64,000 nucleotides of DNA from Thalia democratica (lineage: Eukaryota), in NCBI GenBank assembly GCA_965202585.1, contig OZ241830.1, positions 6,944,001 to 7,008,000 of the forward strand, read 5' to 3'. This document shows, one piece after another, positions 12,703-22,934 of the stretch. The notes beneath the pieces are model-generated. The model made no database searches. It was given only the letters and a program-made list of their open reading frames with translations, and was not told the DNA's origin. How positions within the stretch are numbered: the first letter of the stretch is position 1; every line of letters begins with the position of its first letter. The position numbers and the translations under genes were made by a program.

Positions 12703-13635
12703 ATGGCAGTTAGTTCTTCATCTAAAGCAACACGAATTTTGTACCAGAATAGATTTTGTGAACAAGAAAACTTTGATGTTATTATTTCTGGAAGCACTAA
12801 TGTGTTAGAACGAGAAAGTTTAAGGTTAAACTCGCGTAACTTTGATAAAATTGAAACAATATATAATTCAAAGACACATTCGGAAAGTGACATAACGATT
12901 TGTGAAAGATCCAATGTTTGGACTGTTTGCTCAAGATTAGAAGCTAAAGGCGTATCTGAAACACGATCTTCATTCAGGATTTATATTGATAAAACTGACC
13001 AATGGGTTAATGTAGTTCAAGTACCTGACGGTAGAGGTAACTTTAGCGCTTGTTCATTTATGAAAAACATTTATGTCTTTGGTGGATTTACTAAAAAAGA
13101 TGCTTTAATAAGTTGTTATAAATATGATACAAAAAGGAGTAGGTGGATATTTATAGCCAGTATGAATAAGTTTAGGCAAAATGCAGCTTGTACAGTATTC
13201 GAAGGTAAAATTGTCTTAACTGGAGGTTACGACGGTAAAAATAAAGTAGATTTAAACTCAGTAGAGGCATATGATTGTTACGAGAATAAATGGGACTTTC
13301 TGCCTTGTATGATTAACAAAAGATGTCTACATGGGGCTGTTTGTATGGGCAACAAGCTGTTTGTGATTGGTGGAGATTACAGTGGTACTTGCGAGGTATT
13401 TGATAGCAGCTCCATGAAGTTCACTAGTATAAAGCAGTTAGAGCGCGATTGTTATTGTTCTGTTTCCGCGGTCAGTGTTGGTGGTAAAATTTTGGTTTTT
13501 GGTTCTTTTGGTTTGTTAGGAGAAGAAAATATTTGCACTTATAATGTTGACAAAAATGAATGGTACTGTAAAAGTAATTGTTTTACTAAATTCGAAGATG
13601 GTTTAGTATGTCTTTCAAAACTTTCTGTTATTTAA
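12703..13635 (+). CDS. K3: Kelch-only beta-propeller protein, 310 aa (N1-CA type)
   Basis: Intact ORF with six Kelch-like blades, the first two degenerate, and a C-terminal closing strand LVCLSKL. Confidence 0.92.
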   Translation: MAVSSSSKATRILYQNRFCEQENFDVIISGSTNVLERESLRLNSRNFDKIETIYNSKTHSESDITICERSNVWTVCSRLEAKGVSETRSSFRIYIDKTDQWVNVVQVPDGRGNFSACSFMKNIYVFGGFTKKDALISCYKYDTKRSRWIFIASMNKFRQNAACTVFEGKIVLTGGYDGKNKVDLNSVEAYDCYENKWDFLPCMINKRCLHGAVCMGNKLFVIGGDYSGTCEVFDSSSMKFTSIKQLERDCYCSVSAVSVGGKILVFGSFGLLGEENICTYNVDKNEWYCKSNCFTKFEDGLVCLSKLSVI

Positions 13636-15824
13636 CAGTTTAAAATTTCCATTTTGCCTGATATTTTTGATAAATATACAATGAGTATTACGTTGTTTGA
13701 AAACTTTATTTCATTTAAACTTATTTTAGTTTTCAAAATAAAAAAAATCTGTTACTGTTTGGTACTGACTTTTTTTTTGTAGTTTGAATACTTAGTTATC
13801 AATTGAAATTGTGGATATTGTTGTTTTTTTACTTGAACAATAAACAAAAAATTCAAAGATGATAGCATATTGTAACATCTAATATTAAACAAAAAAAAAA
13901 TTATAGTCAAATTAATAGCATTTTTTAACTGCGTTTTAGATTTTTTTCCGTTTTGATACATCTAAAAAGAATTTTTATCGTTAAGTTGTTTTTATAAAGT
14001 ATAAAACACTATATATTAAAATATTTTTGAAACGTTTATGTATTACATTGTGATATATAACCTCATTTAGTTCGACAGACTCAAAAGAAAAAAAAATTAT
14101 ATATTTTTGACATGTTTTACCAGAGATTAAAAGTTATATTACTTTAATCTGATAAATTATTTAGTTCTATGTTTATTAATTAACTTTTAATCATAAAATG
14201 TAATACGCTTTAAATTAAAAGTTAATGGTTACTATTTACTAAGCGAAAATGGTATTATACTTGTTTAATGACTTTTCTGATTTTTTTTTAATATTTAAAA
14301 CTGATATCTAAGTTATAGATATAAACTACATATCTTTTTAGCTAAAATGTAGAAATACTTAGTTTAGCTTGATATAAACAATTGTGTAGTAGTGAAGATT
14401 ATCTTAAAAATTATTATTATGGTGTTGAAGTTTTAAGAGTAAAGCTTTATTTTGTATTTCACTAAAAACTTTACAGTGAATTAAAAACAAATTTCCAGTA
14501 AAAATGTAAAAACAAGTAATTTAAAATAGGTTTTAAAAAAAACTTATCAAAGCTTGCTAAATTTTGAAAAGCGTCTACTTAAATGATCAATTATAAAATC
14601 TTTCATTATTAAGTTATTTTTGTTTTAAGAAAGTGTAAAATCGTATTTTATCGTAATCTTTGCTGTTGAGTACATCCAATGTCTGTTTATTAAAAGTAGC
14701 TATACCTCAGCGCTACAAAATGGAGGCAAACAATAAAAATATAAATTATTTTTGATTAGTTTACAACTATAGTGCTTAAAATATTGTGTAAGTTTAATCA
14801 ATTATAAGAAGACTTTTATTTAATCGGCTCATTAAAAAGAAGCATTGTGTAAAAGCTAGTTCGTCAAAAACACTATAAAACTTTAACACTACAACATAAC
14901 TGAAGTTTTATGTGAAATTGTTTTAAATAATATTTCTTAAAAATATATTTATAGAACTAATTCTAAAAACAAGACTTTTTCTTTAAGTGTATTTAAATGT
15001 TATCACAATTTCATTCTTTATAGTCATACCAACAAAATATTTTTATTTTAGCCAATAAAAAAGAATAAGATTGAACGAAGACATTATTTAAACATATTTT
15101 ATAAAATGTACTCTTAAAAATCTAAATAAAATGTAATCTTACACCATGTCAAGGTGTTTTTAAGAATGAGTTTTTAAAAAAAATCTATAATATTTATCAC
15201 AAAAATTAAACCTACGACTACTTTATACTTAATCAACTAACATTTTGTTTTTAAATAAATAATTCTGGTTAATGACGTAAACGTTTTCAACATATATGTC
15301 AACTTCAAAATCTAATTTATGAACAAAATCATTTACAGAAATATACTCAAAGACAGGTTAAGCCATTTTAAAAGATTTCAAAACATTCCACAAGAAGTAC
15401 TTCAGATGATCTATTTCAATCATCTATAAATACAAACAATTTTGTTTATCATTTTTAATTGTTTATCATTTGTATATCATAGAAAAATTATTTTTTCTAA
15501 ACTCGATGACTTAGAGTTTCCTTTGTAGACATAAGATCAAACTTTTTGAGCATTTTGTTATCGTTAGATAAACAATACTTCAGAATAAGGTTTTTATTTT
15601 TTTAAACTTTTATTCGTAAGGCCCCTAAAAAGAAATAAAAAAATCTATGGCCCTCTCCGAAAATATTTCTTAAAAAGAATACCATTAAATACGCCTAAGA
15701 CTTTTTTTTTTTTGCATTTTATCATCAACTCCAGGATATCTAGTGCAAGTTTCAAATAATGTCCTAGTGGCTTCTTCCTTTGCAGCTTATTATAAACTAA
15801 TTAACATATATAAACTTATTACTA

Positions 15825-16460
15825 ACTAAGAGTATCGAACACCCCGCGCAAAGCGCGCTTTTAAGCTAGCAAATAAAAGAAAATAAATAATATTATAATT
15901 AAAAATATTAGAATAAAAGTAGAAGTTTTTAAATTTTTTACTAATTGTCAAACATTACTAAAAAATTCTTAAAATTTAAGAAAACAGTTATTTAAACTAA
16001 GCATAAGAACATAATAAGTTTCAAACAGAGACTAAAAAAAGAAGGAAAATAACTTAATATATCTATTTATTTTATAATAAAACGAGTTGAAATACTAATA
16101 GTTTATAATAAATTTCTTTGAGTATCGCACACCGCAAGCTAAACGTGCTTTTGTGCTAGCCGATGAAGGAAAAAAATAATATTGCAAAAGTTAGTAATTT
16201 TTTAATTATCGAATACTCTCGAAAAATCTTAAAGTTTTAGGAAACTGCTGTTTAAACTAAGCATTAAAACAGGATGATGAAAATGGTGTTTCAACTTTAA
16301 ACAGATCTATATTCGTTAAGATAAATTCCTACCTTAAAAAGCTCCGCTTTCATTCGATTTTACTTCGCAAGGGGAGGCACGCTTCGCGCGCTATCGGTTT
16401 GGGCTTCCATGCCTCGAAAGCTGGGCTTTCTTCGTACTGTTAAGCCTCAGAAAGCTCCGC
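15825..16460. repeat. GC-rich GCGC hairpin motifs followed by CTAG, in tandem ~290-bp units
   Basis: CGCGCAAAGCGCG-cttttaag-CTAG near 15845-15870 and a degenerate second unit near 16125-16160. Duplicated at about 56005-56620. Resembles a Helitron 3' end or a promoter element. Confidence 0.45.
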
Positions 16461-18982
16461 TTTCTTTGTACTGCTGTATTTGTTTTTACTTAACCATCCC
16501 GCCCACCTCAAAAATTATATCAAATACATATTTCAAACTATTTTATAAATTCTTTGAAATTCATGTTACGTCACTAACTCTTCCAGATGTCTGTTTTAGT
16601 CGGCACAAAATCGTTCAAAAAAGTTTATAAAATATTTGTATAAAATTATGATAAATTTATTTTCGACTTAACTATTAAATTAAATATCTTTGGAACTTTA
16701 CTTGAAAATTACTGTTATAATTGAATAGCGTTAATTGTTAAAAAATAAAAGTATTTTACGTTTAAGAATTAAATAAAAAGTAACACAACTGTAATAACTA
16801 ATAGATAAAGCAGAGAAAATATATGTGCTACAAAAAGAAATCACTTGAAAAACAAGCCTGTGTCCATACCAATAAGTAATAAATACTTTTTCGGTTCAGA
16901 TTTAATAATTTACTTTTGTATTATGTTTTTGTTTACAAACAGGACTGGCTTAAAACTTTAAAAGAGCTTTTTGTAATTAAATAAAGTTTTTGATAAAACT
17001 TTAATCCGTTTGCAAAGTTTGGCTGTTAAGAAAAATTATGTCTGAAACATTTTGAACACATAAAGCTGTATTGTGTTCAAAATTACAATAAATTTTTAAA
17101 CTAGTTCAAGCATTGCAAAAGACTAAAACCATTCAACTATGCATTCAACGATCGGCTTTGCCGAGGGATAAGTCCTACTTACCAATTGACTAATATTTCT
17201 CTCTACAATTCTTAAGTTCTTATTGGTATATGGTGAATCAATTATCGGTAAATCCAACATAGAGGACACCTACCCTATGATGGCTCTGCTTGTTTCTTTT
17301 TTACAGCCCATTTCGTTTATATTGATTGTAAAATTTATTAAAAAAAATGTTTATTTTCTACTGTTTATTATGACGTAAGAGAACGAACGATTCTAGTTTA
17401 GTAGAAATGTTATTTTTAAATTTAGTGCAGCATAATAAAGCTATAAATTCCAGAATGAGTTTTAGAAACTGCACTTATCCAATTCCTTTAAAAATCAACA
17501 CAAAAAGTGTTGTATATTTTTTATTTTCAACGCAGTATAAACAACTAATCTGAGTAAAAAGTAAAATGCTGCAGTAAAATTTGTTTGCTCTAAACTTTTA
17601 CACTAAAACATTTGTAGGTGTATGTAAGTAATTTTGTTATATTTTTTTAGATTTTGTCTCCTATGTAAAACTAATGCGATCTTTTTAGGCAAAAGTGCAA
17701 AGTTTAACAATAGACTATTCTAGTAAAATTAGTAACAATTTTAAAACAAATTGAATTATAACAAATTGAATTAGATTAATGTCATTTGTCAAATACAAAC
17801 ATAATTTAAATCTAGAACCTTCTAAAAATATATAAATTATATCTATACCTAGAAATGTATCGAAATGGAATTGATATTTGAATTTAGACCAAGAATCAAC
17901 GAAACTCAAAGTCACTGTAAATTTGATAATTTATTTTGTATTAAACTAATGTAACAGCCAAAAATTAAATGGATTTAAGAACTATGAGAAAAAAGCTCTA
18001 AAGCCACGTCTTGATTGAATTTAAAAAATCTAAAAGTATATAAAATATTTTTTTTTTCTTTCATTTGTCGAAATTACGATAGCTAACAAAAAAATTAAGC
18101 AAGCAAATCAAAATCAACAATTTTATCTAAAAAACTTTAGCAATAATTTCAACACTTTTGTCGTGAATAGACTATACTGGTTTTCATTGAAATCTAGTCT
18201 TATTAGAATCCAACAAGCTAAATTTCAAGTATTTAGCTTATATTTCAGTAAGAAAAAAATGTAGATTTAATAATATGCGTAATCTACATGTAATAACAAA
18301 GTAAAATTAAAACAGCAATTAAATTAAAAGACTATAAAAAAAGCTTTATTAAAGTTTTATAATGGTTCAAAATAAGGTACGTAGAGTCTTTCAAAAAACT
18401 GTTATAAGTTTTCAAAAAATTACCCTAAAATTTCAAGTAAGTAGTTTAGATAAGATATTGTAATGATTAAATTAGCTTTTTTAACTATTTTTTCACACCT
18501 GACTTTCAATACGCAAAAATATTTTACCTTTAACTAATAAAACACATTTTAATTTTGTTAATTCTTTAAAATCCATATTAGATGAAGAAGTGTTTTTATA
18601 ACTACAACAAGCTTGAAAATGTTCTACATTTTATCTTTGAATTTATACATTGAATATTAATGATTAAAAGTTCAAAGAACAACTACCTAATTATAACTAG
18701 TTATATACAACAATATATGAACATTTAGCTATAAGATAAACACTTAAACGCTAATGATGTTTTAATAACAAGAGTAATAACTAAACTATTAACAAATCAT
18801 AAATATGCACTTATATTTTTATTTTCTATTACAAAATAAAGAGAAAAAAAAACGAACACAACAACAGTATGCATTTAAAACTAAGTTTGTAAATTACAAA
18901 ATGTTTAAACATAAATCAGTACCTAACAACATAATTATGTACATTTCATATTATTATTAGACAACAAAAGTAATTTTTATTG

Positions 18983-19920
18983 TTAAATAACAGATAGTTT
19001 TGAAAGACACTCATTATATCCAAAATTAAAATAACCACTTCTTTTAGATTTCCATTCATTTTTGTCAACATTATAAGTGAAAATTCTTTCTACTCCTACA
19101 TTTTCACTTGAACAAAATACTAAAATCTTTGCTCCAATACAGACTGCCATACGTATGTATAATAACTTTGATCCAACTGCTTGATACTAGTGAACTTCAT
19201 GGAGCTACTATCAAATACTTCGCAAGTAGCAATCTTCTCTCCACCAATGACAAACAGCTTGTTGCCCATACAAACAGCCCCATGTAGACATCTTTTGTTG
19301 ATCATGCGAGGCAGAAAGTCCCATTTATTCTCGTAACAATCATATGCCTCTACTGATCTTAAATCTACTTTATTTTTACCGTCGTAACCTCCAGTTAAGA
19401 CAATTTTACCTTCGAATACTGTACAAGCTGCATTTTGCCTACATTCATTTATACTTGCTATAAATATCCAATTTTTCCTTTTTGTATCATATTTATAACA
19501 ACATTTGAGGGATGAGTCAGTATATCCACCAAATACATAAATGTTTTTCATAAACGAACAAGCGCTAAAGTTTTCTCTACCATCAGGTATTTGAACTACG
19601 TTAACCCATTGGTCAGTTTTATCACTATAAATCCTGAATGAAGATCGTGTTTTAGATTCGCCTTTAACTACTAATCTTGAGCAAACAGTCCAAACATTGG
19701 ATCTTTCACAAATTGTTAAGTCGTTGTATGAATGTTCCTTTGAATGATATATAGTTTTAATTATTTCTAAGTTACGTGAACTTAATCTTAATATTTTTCC
19801 TTCCACAGAGTGTTTTAACACAGCAGTGCTTTCAGAAAAAATAACATCAAAGTTTTCTTGTTCACAAAATCTATTTTGGTACAATACTCGTGTTGTTTCA
19901 TATGAAAATTTAACTACCAT
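18983..19920 (-). pseudogene. K4: Kelch-only gene (N3-CB type) with a 1-nt deletion near 19149
   Basis: ORF 19920-19120 goes out of frame after YTYV. The shifted frame continues AVCIGAKILVFCSSENVGVERIFTYNVDKNEWKSKRSGYFNFGYNECLSKLSVI to the normal stop at 18983-18985. Confidence 0.85.
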
Positions 19921-21973
19921 TTTAAGCCTGTAACTTTGGTATATTTAAATTTATAGTAGATTGTCTGGTTTAGTATTGGATTTTGTAGATTGATTCAATT
20001 TAAAACTTTGTTAATTTATTTTACGAAGAATTGTATACTTTTATGCTACTAGTGATATTTGACTCTTTATGAATGTAATATAGTTAAGTGTAAATAGTTT
20101 TGGCTTATATTAATTTATACACTCTCAACAAATTTTCAACTGAATAATTTGTTTTGCAATTGCTTAATTGATTTGTTAAATTTAATATTAGTTTAGTATA
20201 ACAATAAGAATTCATCTTTAAACTTTATAATTGTTGTCTATTATATGTTAATATGTATTACGATGTTGTACAGCCTTAGCAATGTATATTATTAAGCAGT
20301 AAACGAAATTGTTTTGAAAGTTTAACTCTATCTTAACTTTAAATTTGATGTAAATAAGTTCACCTAGTTTTCATATATAAATGAATACAGATTATAATAT
20401 TTTAAATAAACAATTTATTTTAACCAAAACACTTATTTACTTACTAAAACATTGGAAATCAAACAGCTGTATATCTGTTTAGCATAGTTATGTTTATTAA
20501 ATGTAATATGAATAAGCAGAACAATTGATTTTTGTTATATTAGATTATTTAACTGATTAGAATCAATTACAGCTGTTATTAGTAGATTTAAATACTTTTA
20601 TTTTAATAGTAAAATATTAGTGTCTATAAATGTAATGAATATCAGATTTCCTACTAACAATATAATCAAGATCAAATATAATAAACACCTCAAACCTTGA
20701 ACAATAATTCTTAGTCACTTTGTTTTAAGTGAAACTAGAAGTGTTGAAACCTTTAAATCAGTGATATTTTTACAATGGATAAATAAAAATCATACTATTT
20801 TTTTTTAAATCTATTAGAAACATTAAAAAAAATTAAACGTTTTATCTACTTTGAAGATTGAAGTAAAACCAAAGTAGAAAACAGTTTATAAGTCTTTGAA
20901 AAACCGATCGTATCAAAATGTTTGTATTCTTGGTTAATTCAATTTATTTAATCTCAAAAAATAATTCATAAAAATATATTAAAGTTACTGATGTGTTTTT
21001 TTTTCTGTTTATAATGAAGGCAATAAATACTATCCATGCACTTTGATAATAAATAAAAGAAAATGAAGCTCAATAAAACTATTACATTGTAGACTTTATT
21101 TTAAATCCAATTGCTGAACCATGAACAAGATTATTAAGTAGTAAAAGTAAGTAAAAGTAAAAGTAGTAAAACTAAATTGCAAATAAAATTGAGACTTACA
21201 TAATTAAACACTTATTTTTTTAAGAGTAATTTTTGCAATTTATTTATTTATTTATTTTGTATTTAGCCTAAAGTTATGCTAGTTTTTAAAGATTTTAAGA
21301 AAAACATTAGCAATAGTTATTAACACTTTTGTCTTGCTTAATGGTTCAAAATAAAGCACCTAGAGCGTTGCAAAAGTTATATTTATTTAGTTAATTTTTA
21401 GTGTTGTAAAAGTTACCCTTAACTTTTAAAATAAGTACTTCAGATACTTTTATGATTAAATTAGTTATTTATTTATTCAATTATTTTTTCAAACTTGGTT
21501 TCAAATACGCAAAGATATTTTAACTTAAATTAATGAAACACATTTTAATTTTTCAAGTATTTTTAATCAATTTGAGATTAAAAAATTTATATATATCTAT
21601 AACTAATTTAAAAATAATCTAAATTTGATCTTTGAAATCATACATTGAATATTAATGGTTAAAATGTAAAGAAATTAATTATTTATAAATACTTATATTC
21701 AACAATATATGAACGTAAGCTATAACATAAACATACTAACTTAAATAACATTTTAATAACAACTGTCAGAGTAAATTATTAACAAAGTATAAATATGTAT
21801 TTGTCCTAATTTGATTTTTCTATTAAAAACTAAAAAGAAAAAAAAAACACAATAACAATAAGCATTTAAAACTAAGTTTGTAAATTATAATAAGATTAAA
21901 CGAAAATCAGTACCTAAAAACATTTTTTCAACATTTCATATAAGTTATTAAACAACAAAAGAGCTTTTTATTG

Positions 21974-22934
21974 TTAAATAACAGAAAGTTTTGAAAGACA
22001 ATCAAAATCTCTAAAATCAAAAAAAATTATTACCTTCAGACTTCCATTCATTTTTGTTAACATTATAAGTAAAAATTCTTTTTACTCCTACTTTTTCACT
22101 TGAACAAAATACTAATATTTTGTCACCAACGCAGATTGCAGAAACGTATGTGAAACAACTGAGTTCTAACTGCTTGATACTAGTGAACTTCATGGAACTG
22201 CTATCAAATACCTCGCAAGTAGCAATCTTCTCTCCACCAATGACAAATAGCTTGTTGCCCATACAAACTGTTCCGTGTAGAAATCTTTTGTTAATCATGC
22301 AAGGCAGAAAGTCCCATTTGTTCTCGTAACAATCATATGCCTCTACTGAGCTCAAACTTAATTCATTTTGACCATCGTAACCACCAGTTAAGACAATTTT
22401 ACATTTGAATACTGTACAACCTGCAAATTGCCTATATTCATTCATTTTGGCTATAAATATCCACTTACTTCTTTTTGTATCATATTTATAACAACTTATC
22501 ATAGCTTCTTGTTCAGTAAATCCACCAAAGACATAAATGTTTTTCATAAATGAACAAGCGCTAAAGTTTCTTCTATCATCAGGTGTTTGAATTACGTTAA
22601 CCCATTGGTCAGTTTTATCAAGATAAATCCTGAACGAATCAACAAGCTTGTATTTATCTTTTAAATTAGTTTTGCCGTTAACGGTTAATCTGGAGCATAC
22701 AACCCAAACATTGGATCTTTCACAAATTGTTAAGTCATTGTATGAACGTCTCTTTGAATGGTATATAGTTTCAATTATTTCTAAGTTACGCGAGTTTAGT
22801 CTTAATATTTTTCGTTCCTCAGAGTGTTTTAACACAGCAGTGCTTCCAGAAAAAATAATATCAAAGTTTTCTTGTTCACAAAATCTATTCTGGTACAAAA
22901 TTCGTGTTGTTTTAGATGAAAAACTAACTGCCAT
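21974..22934 (-). CDS. K5: Kelch-only protein (N2-CB type), +1 frameshift in a T8 run about 14 codons before the normal stop
   Basis: The paralog-matching ATG is at 22934 (the longer predicted ORF start at 23018 is not conserved). Removing one T at 22019-22026 restores FFDFRDFDCLSKLSVI and 319 aa, the same length as K2. Confidence 0.75.

Noticed and set aside
12675-12914. Recurrent antisense ORFs over Kelch genes (2615-2812, 2895-3158, 6860-7120, 7219-7455, 12675-12914, 22120-22329, 22648-22947, 46320-46505, 49204-49437, 62331-62555)
   Set aside because: Shadow frames of the sense CDS. They are similar only because the paralogs are similar, and their starts and lengths vary.
17140-17310. Possible - strand exon with a GTAAGT donor near 17197-17202 (copy near 57330)
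   Set aside because: No convincing acceptor, reading frame or partner exons found by eye.
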